From IMG/VR virus record IMGVR_UViG_3300048850_000082, positions 1 to 50,572 of that record: a DNA stretch of 50,572 bases; one strand, 5' to 3'. Positions 1 to 7,693 of the stretch are shown in pieces. Made by a program: the position numbers and the translations under genes. This stretch comes from a virus. Lineage: Duplodnaviria; Caudoviricetes. How positions within the stretch are numbered: position 1 is the stretch's first letter; the number at the start of each line of letters is the position of its first letter. Under the pieces are notes generated by a model, which had not been told where the DNA came from, did no database searches, and saw only the letters and a list, made by a program, of their open reading frames with translations.

Positions 1-76
1 TCCCGCCAGCACAAGGGGGGAGCACCGGCGGGACCTAAGCGAGTGCGGTCACTGGGGGGAGGAACGCACCCGCCTG
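1..76 (-). ncRNA. Candidate 6C-like small RNA in the host flank (may continue beyond the window edge)
   Basis: Minus strand reads two consecutive hairpins each exposing CUCCCCCC (73-39 and 33-1); TAGCCT -10-like hexamer at 88-83. Confidence 0.5.
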
Positions 77-106
77 AAAGCGAGGCTACGCGGTGGACGG
101 GACGAG

Positions 107-151
107 ACCCGGCGGCTGCGTCCCCCTAGTCCCCTGACGCAGCCGCCGGGT
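107..151. repeat. Perfect 16-bp inverted repeat with 13-nt C-rich loop (terminator or sRNA hairpin)
   Basis: acccggcggctgcgtc (107-122) / gacgcagccgccgggt (136-151), loop cccctagtcccct. Confidence 0.75.
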
Positions 152-430
152 GTCAAGAATTTACACACGCGTAAGCGACGTAATGGGGATTATTGCTCGC
201 GTGAGAGCCGTGTCACATCAACGACAATGAGGCATCGTCGACCTCACCCGCGGTTGCCCCCTGAGGCCCCTGCCCAACCGCCGGACTCTTAAGGTATAGC
301 CCCTTCGGCAAAAGAAATCCAGTCCCTTGGACGTCGTTGACGACGCTAAACAACTACATCTAGCTAACGATCCCTGGGCGCTCCGCGGCTTGTCGAGCAC
401 TGACCTTACCGATTGCCCGAGGACCCAGAT

Positions 431-523
431 ACGCAGTCAGGCCCCCTCGAAAGGGGGCCTGACATGTGTGGCAGGTACAGGATTCGAACCTGTGTAGGCG
501 TTAGCCGACGGATTTACAGTCCG
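431..523. repeat. Left att junction: displaced tRNA-Tyr 3' half plus terminator
   Basis: Matches 50411-50503 except 2 nt (464-465); 466-523 is identical to 50446-50503. Confidence 0.96.
436..463 (-). terminator. tRNA-Tyr terminator hairpin, host copy
   Basis: 12-bp stem GUCAGGCCCCCU / AGGGGGCCUGAC with UUCG loop on the minus strand. Confidence 0.8.
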
Positions 524-624
524 GGTCGTACCGTCCCGGGGTGTCCAGCCGTGTTCAGCCTGCACCACTTGAGCTGCAATTTCGTCTCACCGTGTTCCGT
601 CACGACGCAACGCGACTCGCACGG

Positions 625-646
625 GTTGTGACAACGCCGTGACAAC
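625..646. promoter_or_regulatory. Putative integrase arm-type binding sites, left arm
   Basis: Tandem GTGACAA at 628-634 and 639-645; the same pair occurs inside the right att. Confidence 0.7.
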
Positions 647-700
647 CCCAGGCGCTAGAAACCGCGGCGCTCCGGTCGGCCCCGGCAATAGACTCGCCGC

Positions 701-961
701 ATGGGGGACGTGAGCAGTTTGCTTCTCAAGGTGGTCGGCACGCTCGCCGTGGTGGGGTTCGTACACCCGTCCTACTGGTGGCTGGCCGGCGCAGTCGCCG
801 TCGGATGGTTCGGATACCGGGGTTATCTCATCGCCGCGGCGGAGTGGCGCGAGGATCTGACCGAAAAGCAACAGCTGATCGCCGACGCCGACCGCCAGCA
901 CGCCCAGGTGCTCGCCGGCGACGAACGCGGCGTCTACGGCCACTACCCGCCCGCGGCCTGA
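701..961 (+). CDS. Small membrane protein (86 aa)
   Basis: Hydrophobic N-terminal half; TAGACT -10 hexamer at 689-694 suggests a leaderless start. Confidence 0.7.
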   Translation: MGDVSSLLLKVVGTLAVVGFVHPSYWWLAGAVAVGWFGYRGYLIAAAEWREDLTEKQQLIADADRQHAQVLAGDERGVYGHYPPAA

Positions 962-963
962 CG

Positions 964-1131
964 ATGAATCGGGCCATCGACGTCATCGACTCGGAGTTGC
1001 GGCTGGTCGCCGACATTCGCCAGGCATGTCGTGAGCAGGGCTGGCCGACGCCGACGACCGACCGTGCCGATGAACTACTCGACGAACGGGTCTCGGCGCA
1101 CCCGGCTCGGCAGCTACCAGCTCTCGAATAG
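964..1131 (+). CDS. Hypothetical protein (55 aa, MNRAIDVIDSELRL...)
   Basis: ATG 2 nt after the previous stop; protein-like helical composition. Confidence 0.6.
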   Translation: MNRAIDVIDSELRLVADIRQACREQGWPTPTTDRADELLDERVSAHPARQLPALE

Positions 1132-1174
1132 CGTGATCACTCGACTACCACCCTTCGTTGAGCCGCACGTCGAC

Positions 1175-1693
1175 TCACCCGCGCAGTAAGCCGGGATTGA
1201 CGATCGTGATGCCAAGCACGACCAACGCTGCGGCGCCGAAGAGCATTAGGCCCCCGATCCACGTCTTATAGCCGGGCACGAGGGGGACGAATCGATCGGC
1301 CCAGCCGCCATCCACCACGACTGCGTTTCGGCTCTGCTGGAACGGGAGACCATGCACTGATTGCCTTCGAGGCCAGTGCGCCTGTTCGTAATGCTCGAGC
1401 CAGCGTGCGTCGTGGATCTCCGCCTGGCGGTGTCGCGCCATCAAGGTGGTCGTCACGTATGTGACAACCAGCGATAGCAGGCAGGCGACGATGCGTGAGG
1501 CCTGTCGGCTGTCGCCGCCCAGGGCGATCGTGAACAGGAAGGCTTGTGCTGTGAGGCTGAGCAATGGGACCTGCCAGATGAGGTTGTCCCACTGCAGGCG
1601 TCTTGCTGCCACCACTGTGTAAACGACGTGGTCCGCCGACTGAGCGTTCGCCAGCGACGATGGGTTCGTACTCCCCTTGTTCTGAATGAACAC
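1175..1693 (-). CDS. 3-TM membrane protein, candidate defence effector
   Basis: Two adjacent hydrophobic helices, a soluble loop and a C-terminal TM; accessory location; start uncertain. Confidence 0.7.
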   Translation of the reverse strand: MFIQNKGSTNPSSLANAQSADHVVYTVVAARRLQWDNLIWQVPLLSLTAQAFLFTIALGGDSRQASRIVACLLSLVVTYVTTTLMARHRQAEIHDARWLEHYEQAHWPRRQSVHGLPFQQSRNAVVVDGGWADRFVPLVPGYKTWIGGLMLFGAAALVVLGITIVNPGLLRG

Positions 1694-1817
1694 CGTTCCC
1701 CCGATGCGGCTATATGCGGCGCGCGACCTGCAGCCCGCGTGGGGTGCAGCTTAGAGAGTGTCGCGCAGCTTCTCATCTGATGCCGCCGCCATCCGCTGGC
1801 AGACTGGTGCCAGTCTG

Positions 1818-2813
1818 ATGAGGCATCCCGACATCGCGCCCATGCTGGCGACACTCGGACGGCCCCCCGCTCAGTACGCCGACTTCGCCGTGGAGGCGAA
1901 GTACGACGGACAGCGGGGCATGGCCGTGGTCGACCGTGGCCAGGTGATGTTGCTCAGTCGCAACGGCGCCGACATCACCCTCACATTCCCCGAGATCACC
2001 GCAGCGCTCCCCTGCGTCGTGGCGGGCCGCCGCACGGTGCTCGACGGTGAGATCGTCGCGCTCGACGAGACCGGTGTGCCGTCCTTCGAACGGCTGCAGC
2101 GGCGGTGGCCGCAGAACCGCCGACCGAGCGCCGAGCTGCTGCGTCAGGTGCCGGTCCAGTTCTTCGCTTTCGACGTGCTGCGCTCCCAAGGCCAGGACGT
2201 CACCCATGAGCCGTACGCCCAGCGCCGTCAGCACCTGCTCGAGCTGACCGCCGAGTGCACCACGACGTCGGTCATGCGAGCACCGGGCAGCTTCACCGAC
2301 GTCGACCCGGCCGCGGTGCTCGAGTCCGCTGCCGAACTGAACCTCGAGGGCATCGTGTGCAAGCACCTCGACTCGCCCTACATGCCCGGTCAACGATCCC
2401 GCGATTGGATCAAGACGCCGCTGCGTCAGCGCGGTGAATTCGTCGTCGGCGGCTGGCTGCCCGGCATCGGCGCGAACCGACACAACGTGGCTGCGGTACT
2501 CGTCGGTGCCCACAACGCGGAGGGCCGGCTGCAGTTCTGCGGGGTGGTCGGGGCCGGGATGAGCGCGCGGGAAAGTCGTCGGCTCACCGCGGTATTGCCG
2601 AAGCTGGCGCGCGCAACATCGCCGTTCAAGTCACTTCCGAAGGATGTAGCCCGGTGGGCGCTGTGGGCGACGCCGGTGCTCGTCGGCGACGTCGAATACC
2701 GGGAATTCAATCGCGGGGCTCTTCGCCATCCATCGTGGAAAGGGCTGAGGATCGACATCGCGGCCGACACAGTCGCACTGAGCGATCCGACCAGCCGCCA
2801 GGAGCCGGAGTGA
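1818..2813 (+). CDS. ATP-dependent DNA ligase, stand-alone LigD/LigC-type ligase domain
   Basis: APMLA, motif I EAKYDG, LDGEIV, FFAFDVL, EGIVCK, Y.PG.RS.DWIK, and OB-fold end LRHPSWKGLR; no polymerase or phosphoesterase domain. Confidence 0.92.
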   Translation: MRHPDIAPMLATLGRPPAQYADFAVEAKYDGQRGMAVVDRGQVMLLSRNGADITLTFPEITAALPCVVAGRRTVLDGEIVALDETGVPSFERLQRRWPQNRRPSAELLRQVPVQFFAFDVLRSQGQDVTHEPYAQRRQHLLELTAECTTTSVMRAPGSFTDVDPAAVLESAAELNLEGIVCKHLDSPYMPGQRSRDWIKTPLRQRGEFVVGGWLPGIGANRHNVAAVLVGAHNAEGRLQFCGVVGAGMSARESRRLTAVLPKLARATSPFKSLPKDVARWALWATPVLVGDVEYREFNRGALRHPSWKGLRIDIAADTVALSDPTSRQEPE

Positions 2814-3049
2814 CGCCCGGCATTCAACGAATTACGCTGACGCGGTCCGTCGAGTCGGCCGACGGAGAGCGCGCGTTCGCGTATCCCGGGACGGAACTCT
2901 GGTGGGTCGAGTGGACCGTGCTCTCCCGCGGCAAGCACTACACGCACCGGCACTCGCATTTCACCGAGGGGGCGGCGCGGCGCCACGTCCACGGGCTGTT
3001 GCAGCGCCGACCAACTGGTACGGCGGTTGAGGACGTGTTCGAAGACTAG
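2810..3049 (+). CDS. Hypothetical protein (79 aa) coupled to the ligase
   Basis: GTGA overlap with the ligase stop; GGAG upstream. Confidence 0.65.
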   Translation: MTPGIQRITLTRSVESADGERAFAYPGTELWWVEWTVLSRGKHYTHRHSHFTEGAARRHVHGLLQRRPTGTAVEDVFED

Positions 3050-3051
3050 GT

Positions 3052-3573
3052 CTAGGACGGCGGAACCGCCGGTGCCCCCGGTGCGCTCTGCTGCACTCTG
3101 AGCGGCGGGGCCTCACCTGTAATGCCCAGCACGCTGGCGTCATTGGCGAACGCTACGAAGTGTGGCCATAGGTCGTGTCCATGCTGGTCGTTGCGGAGAT
3201 GGTAGAAATTGCACTGCCGGGCAGCCTTATAGGTGCGCACTGCTGTCTTGCCCCAGATCTCGAACGCATCCTTCTTCGGGATGTGCCCCTTCTGGTGCAT
3301 GTAACTCACGAGTTCGAACCACGCCATGGCGTGATTGGCTTTGCGCCAGTCCTCCGAACTGACGTCACTCGGGTCAGTCCCCATTTCGCACCACTCGAAG
3401 AGTAGCTGGCGGCCGTACTGGCGATCCGGTTCGAGCATCTTGTCGTAAAGCTCGACGAAGAGTTCGCGCTTCTTCGACCTGCGCGTGTAGACGAATCCCG
3501 CCGTACTCACCAGCAGCGATAAGACAGCGATGGTGATCGGAAGGTACGACGGAATCCCCTGAGCCCCCTGCAC
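3052..3573 (-). CDS. N-terminal TM plus helical domain protein, DUF4760-like
   Basis: TM LPITIAVLSLLVSTAGFVY followed by a helical domain with AMAWFELVSYMHQKGHI and WPHF; start uncertain. Confidence 0.65.
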   Translation of the reverse strand: MQGAQGIPSYLPITIAVLSLLVSTAGFVYTRRSKKRELFVELYDKMLEPDRQYGRQLLFEWCEMGTDPSDVSSEDWRKANHAMAWFELVSYMHQKGHIPKKDAFEIWGKTAVRTYKAARQCNFYHLRNDQHGHDLWPHFVAFANDASVLGITGEAPPLRVQQSAPGAPAVPPS

Positions 3574-3614
3574 CCCGTCAGCATAAGCAAATAGCTGGGA
3601 CGGTCCGCCCCCAC

Positions 3615-3806
3615 CTAGACGTTCCGCACACCCGCCGCGCCGTGCAGGATGCGGCACGACGAGCCGAGTGGCGGACGGTAGGCCGTCTGATTGCACTCGA
3701 CGCAAGTCCACGTCAGATGCCCGCCGCCGCAGAGCTGATTGCCGAAGAGCACCTGGCCGCCGGGCCCCATCGAGTGGCCGTCCGGGCAGTGGGTCGGCGC
3801 AGTCAC
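3615..3806 (-). CDS. Small Cys/His zinc-binding protein, possibly 5'-truncated
   Basis: CPDGH...CGGGH..W.CVEC pattern; the frame stays open upstream (GDLVRISTGWA) without a nearby start. Confidence 0.55.
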   Translation of the reverse strand: MTAPTHCPDGHSMGPGGQVLFGNQLCGGGHLTWTCVECNQTAYRPPLGSSCRILHGAAGVRNV

Positions 3807-3884
3807 CGCCCAGCCCGTGCTGATCCGAACGAGATCGCCACACCGCTCATGTGGAGAAAGTACCCTCTCCAGCGGGGAGGGAAT

Positions 3885-4373
3885 ATGGAACGCTACTTCA
3901 GCGAAATCCGGGCGGCAGTCGACGGGCGCTTATGGACACTCGCGGTCATGGGGGTGTTAGCGATCCCAGACATCTGCGGCGCCCTTGGTAGCCCCGACGG
4001 CCGAGCCACGGGAGCGAGATTCAGGAATTGGGTGACGTCCAATCTGGGTGAGCGGTACCCAGAGCTAGACGCCGACGAGATCTATCAAATGCGATGCAGC
4101 ATGTTGCACCAGGGCATTACGGCTACCCGCAGCTACACACGAACCATCTTCGTAGTGCCGGATGGCAGAGGAAATGTCATGCATAACAATATCGTTGACG
4201 ATGCGTATCAGCTTGACTTGGTCACCTTCGCCAGCGACGTGATTAACGCCGCGGAAACGTGGCTAGCCACGCACTCGAATGACGACGCAGTGCGGGCGAA
4301 CCTTGAGCGAACGGTGAGGTACTACCCGACCGGCTTGCCTCCTTACATCGGCGGGATGGGCCTAGTCACATAG
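3885..4373 (+). CDS. HEPN-domain protein, predicted RNase (162 aa)
   Basis: Helical protein with IPDICGAL and the Rx4H motif RCSMLH; SD GGAGGG upstream. Confidence 0.72.
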   Translation: MERYFSEIRAAVDGRLWTLAVMGVLAIPDICGALGSPDGRATGARFRNWVTSNLGERYPELDADEIYQMRCSMLHQGITATRSYTRTIFVVPDGRGNVMHNNIVDDAYQLDLVTFASDVINAAETWLATHSNDDAVRANLERTVRYYPTGLPPYIGGMGLVT

Positions 4374-4387
4374 GCGCTGGAACCCGT

Positions 4388-4582
4388 CTATGCGAGTCCT
4401 TCGACTGTCGACTCGCATTCCGCGGCGTACAGCTCGGCGTCGGCACGCTCCGCGTCGGTGAAGGCGGGCATGCCGAACGGGTTCCTCGGAGGCCGGACGA
4501 TGAGCGTCAGCTCAGCGAGAGCGGCCGGACCGCGGGACGGCTCTGACGACTCGACATGTCCGACACGGTGGGAACGTAGCAC
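4388..4582 (-). CDS. Small hypothetical phage protein
   Basis: TLIVRPP...FTDAERADAELYAAE segment resembles small genes at mycobacterial prophage ends (recollection, unverified); start uncertain. Confidence 0.5.
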   Translation of the reverse strand: MLRSHRVGHVESSEPSRGPAALAELTLIVRPPRNPFGMPAFTDAERADAELYAAECESTVEGLA

Positions 4583-4669
4583 TCACGCACGACAAACCGC
4601 CCGCGCCGAGCCGAGGCCGGGTGGGGGCGGTTCGTGGCGCCGATGTGCGGGGCGCAAACCTAGTGCGGC

Positions 4670-5104
4670 TCAGTGATAGTCGTCGTCGAAGTCGAAGTCG
4701 TCGTTGCCGTTACCGACTTGGTCATCGTCTTGATCGTTGTCATTCCAGGCATCGATATGGGCGTTGTTCGTGTCCTGAATGCCCTGCTGAATGTCGATCA
4801 TGCTTGGACCCGCCGATCCGCAGAGGTTGACCCTGGCGGCAGCCTGGTAATCCTCCGAGCCTGCCGGAGCCGGCAAGCCCGCCCGGTCAGACTCGCAGAG
4901 CAAGTAGCCCAGCTTCAGCGCGAGCGTCACATGCTCCTGGTCCAGGGTCATGCCGTTTGTCGCGTTCACCTGTTGCAGGTACGCGACTTCGTTGTCGACA
5001 CCGGCTGGGCCCGCCGCCGCCATCGGCGCCGCAAAAACCGCAACTCCGACTGCCATCGCGCCAGCTGCTGCAACGACTCCAGCCACACTTCGATACCGCT
5101 TCAT
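4670..5104 (-). CDS. Secreted DUF732-like protein with Asp-rich tail
   Basis: Signal peptide MKRYRSVAGVVAAAGAMAVG...AAA, YL..V...G..LC...LC two-Cys pattern, C-terminal DNDQDDDQVGNGNDDFDFDDDYH. Confidence 0.7.
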   Translation of the reverse strand: MKRYRSVAGVVAAAGAMAVGVAVFAAPMAAAGPAGVDNEVAYLQQVNATNGMTLDQEHVTLALKLGYLLCESDRAGLPAPAGSEDYQAAARVNLCGSAGPSMIDIQQGIQDTNNAHIDAWNDNDQDDDQVGNGNDDFDFDDDYH

Positions 5105-5340
5105 CCATCCCCCCCGGGTTAACACGCTTGTGCGTGACCCACGCATAGTCGCAGCATGACGGCCAAGATCACAAGCATTGCAGCTTTGCTGCCTGGGTCC
5201 ATTGGATTCTCCGGGCTCAAGTGGAGAGCCGTGCCGCGTGATGGCGACCTGTCCTTCCGCACGACTTCGGCGTCGTCACGATTACGGACGAGCCAGGCGT
5301 TCACCGCGCCAACGACCGAAGCGATGTACTGCGGGTGCGA

Positions 5341-5745
5341 CTACTCCTCGACCGACGCCTTGTCCCGTTCTCGCGCGCGACGTCGTCGGTCCCCACGCTG
5401 CTCATGCCACAGCGACGCCACCATCGCGAGGTAGGCCAGGGCGCCGAGGCTGTAGATCAGGAAGCGGATCTGCTGCCGGAACGGGTACTCCGTGTCGCCC
5501 CACACCGACGCGACGATCTGCCACAGCACCATCGGCAGCACGACCGCCTTGGCGAAGAAGATCCGCCCGATGTGATTGGCCCGCCAATTCGATCGGAGCC
5601 CGTACAGCAGCACGAAGGCTGTTGTGAGGGTAGCGATGTACACCAGCGACACGTTCGCCGCGATCCGGTAGTCGATGTCGAGCCACCCGTCGACCAGGAA
5701 CGTGACGGCAATCCCCGCCAGTCCGACCGCATACACCCAGCGCAT
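5341..5745 (-). CDS. Lysis-cassette multi-TM membrane protein, holin-like
   Basis: About 4 hydrophobic helices and a basic C-terminus; TGATG coupling to the upstream gene. Confidence 0.75.
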   Translation of the reverse strand: MRWVYAVGLAGIAVTFLVDGWLDIDYRIAANVSLVYIATLTTAFVLLYGLRSNWRANHIGRIFFAKAVVLPMVLWQIVASVWGDTEYPFRQQIRFLIYSLGALAYLAMVASLWHEQRGDRRRRARERDKASVEE

Positions 5746-5921
5746 CAACGTCCCCCCATAGCGTTCTGTAACAGCTCTGTCCAGCCGTTCTTGTCGAGTT
5801 CTCGGCGTAGTGCCGCCGTAGCGTGGCGGGATTGATCGGCGAGCTTCTTCGCGTGTTCGAGCCGCTTCTCGGCTTCCCGGTCCTGGCGCTCGGGGCTTTC
5901 GCGGCGCGCCCAGTGCCACAT
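5745..5921 (-). CDS. Small lysis-cassette protein (58 aa, MWHWARRESPE...), not in the ORF track
   Basis: TGATG overlaps at both ends; fills the gap between neighbours exactly. Confidence 0.75.
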   Translation of the reverse strand: MWHWARRESPERQDREAEKRLEHAKKLADQSRHATAALRRELDKNGWTELLQNAMGGR

Positions 5922-6208
5922 CAGTGCTCGCCCCCCTTGACGGTGAGGGTCTCTCGTAGTGCGGCGAGGATGCGAGTGGTGGCGTCTTCGGTCGCGTTCT
6001 TCTCCGAGATGGCCCTACTCAGGGTTTCGATTGCGTCGGCATCCTTGACCGCGCGCGCATCGAGTCGGCTCACCACGTCGCGGTGATAGCGCCCGATGAC
6101 GATCCACTCACGGGTCAGTGCCACGAAGAGCAGCACGCCCATGAAGACGACGACGCCGACGACGCCGAAGCTGTTCCACGCCTCTGGCGACCAGGCGGGG
6201 ATAATCAC
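5921..6208 (-). CDS. Single-TM plus coiled-coil lysis-cassette protein
   Basis: TM FGVVGVVVFMGVLLFVAL; GTGA overlap with lysB. Confidence 0.8.
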   Translation of the reverse strand: MIIPAWSPEAWNSFGVVGVVVFMGVLLFVALTREWIVIGRYHRDVVSRLDARAVKDADAIETLSRAISEKNATEDATTRILAALRETLTVKGGEH

Positions 6209-7203
6209 GCGGCCACCCTGGCCTGGTCGACGATGCGCTGAAGCCGCATCGTCGCTAGCTGCTCAAGGTGCCGAATGCCGAACTCGTAGTACGTCATCCC
6301 GGTGCCGGGGCACTGGTCGACGTGGTACCTCACGTGAGGACCCGTGCCCTTCGCGAAGAACATGCCCGCCTTGAGCATCGCGTTGATCGCCGCAGGGATC
6401 TCGATCCACGGGTTGGTGAACAGCTCGCCGAACTGCTCGACCAGGCCGTCGACGCCGCCGATCCGCTTGAACACCAGCAGGAAGATCGCCCGCTGGAACT
6501 CCCCCGCGTTGCCCTTCGCGCGGGCGGTGTACATGTCGCCCTTCGCGGCCATGTGGATCAGGCCGGGCTCGGTGGCCGTCTCGAGCGTCGGGTCCAGGCC
6601 GCCGGTGCCGGGGTTGACGTTGCCCGCGTAGGAGTCGTCGGGGCGCATCGGGTTGCCGAACGTGACCCCGCCGAGGATGGTCACCTCGCGACGAGCCTTG
6701 CCCGCGCGGATACGGTTGCGGACGCGGCCGGCGCAGATCGAACCCTGGCTGTAGTCGATCATCACGAGGGGGCCGGGCACGATGAACGGGTCGTCGATGA
6801 ACCGGTTGATCTCGCGCTCCCCGGCGTCGGCGCTGTCGTCCATCGGCACCGCGATCGCCGGGTAGTTCCCGACCGGCTTCCACCGGTAGAGGTGCAGCAG
6901 CCGTCGCGCCATGTCGGCGGGATAGCCGATGCCGAACGGGTCAGGCTGGCCGGTGCCGTGCGTGGTGATCAGCGACGGCAGCAGGCCGAGGCGATGCAGA
7001 TCGTCATCGCTGACGCGGCCTGTGGGTTCCTGGCCGGTGCGGCGCTGGTACTCCCGTTGCACGCCTTGCTCGTCGTACCCGAAGTACCGATCGTTCTTGA
7101 GCCGCTTGCCGTCGCGACCCAACGCGTAGGCCGGGAACCGCGTGAGCATCGTCGCGGTCCAGGCTCCGGTCATCAGCCCCGACGAACCCAGGTCGAGGCT
7201 CAT
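6205..7203 (-). CDS. lysB: Lysin B (mycolylarabinogalactan esterase, cutinase-like)
   Basis: N-terminal PG-binding-like segment, HGTG, nucleophile DYSQG, FGNPMR, GDMY, HVRY; follows lysA and holin. Confidence 0.9.
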   Translation of the reverse strand: MSLDLGSSGLMTGAWTATMLTRFPAYALGRDGKRLKNDRYFGYDEQGVQREYQRRTGQEPTGRVSDDDLHRLGLLPSLITTHGTGQPDPFGIGYPADMARRLLHLYRWKPVGNYPAIAVPMDDSADAGEREINRFIDDPFIVPGPLVMIDYSQGSICAGRVRNRIRAGKARREVTILGGVTFGNPMRPDDSYAGNVNPGTGGLDPTLETATEPGLIHMAAKGDMYTARAKGNAGEFQRAIFLLVFKRIGGVDGLVEQFGELFTNPWIEIPAAINAMLKAGMFFAKGTGPHVRYHVDQCPGTGMTYYEFGIRHLEQLATMRLQRIVDQARVAA

Positions 7204-7685
7204 CGGAAGGTGAACCGGCCCAGCAGATCCTCTGCCGCTTGGGCCCCCGCGTTCACCGCCCCAGCCGCCGCGCCGCCGACAACGGGAAGGTTCCCGAGCA
7301 CGCCGGTGATCACGTCCGTACTGGCCTTCACTGCCGCCTCGCCACGACTGAGTTCTTGACTCGCGACGTCACGGAGGATCTTGATCTGCTCCAGCGCCGG
7401 GACTGCGGGGAGGACCGGAGCCTCGGTGAAGGTTCCGTTGTTGAGCTGCTTCTTGGTGCGGAACGATGCGACAGCGGTAGCCGCCGCACCGATGAACGCC
7501 GCGCCAGTCGTGCCCACGGCGCCCAGGCTTGCGGCCTGCTCGGCGGTGATCATCCCGAACGTGCCGGCCACAGCAACCAGGCCGAGCAGAGCCGAGACGA
7601 CGGTGTAGGACTTCTGGATCGCAGGGGCCTTCGGGTCGGCGGGGCCGAGGGTCTGAATCTGGGGGTAGAGCGTCTGGTCGGACAT
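7200..7685 (-). CDS. Holin
   Basis: Two N-terminal hydrophobic helices; lies between lysA and lysB. Confidence 0.7.
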   Translation of the reverse strand: MSDQTLYPQIQTLGPADPKAPAIQKSYTVVSALLGLVAVAGTFGMITAEQAASLGAVGTTGAAFIGAAATAVASFRTKKQLNNGTFTEAPVLPAVPALEQIKILRDVASQELSRGEAAVKASTDVITGVLGNLPVVGGAAAGAVNAGAQAAEDLLGRFTFR

Positions 7686-7693
7686 GATTTCTC

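Noticed and set aside
469-523. Second tRNA-Tyr gene
   Set aside because: Only the 3' portion is present; the 5' acceptor strand and D arm are missing. It is the att remnant.
413-631. 72-aa ORF spanning the left att
   Set aside because: Reads through antisense tRNA and terminator sequence with no protein-like features
674-694. Second PafBC promoter (GGTCGG-N9-TAGACT)
   Set aside because: First base and spacing both deviate from TGTCGG-N10; only the -10 element is accepted
1688-1698. LexA box upstream of the ligase (GAAC-ACC-GTTC)
   Set aside because: Spacer is 3 nt rather than 4 and flanks do not match TCGAAC-N4-GTTCGA
5119-5340. Gene between the lysis cassette and the secreted protein
   Set aside because: Short overlapping ORFs on both strands with no convincing start signal or motif; left unannotated
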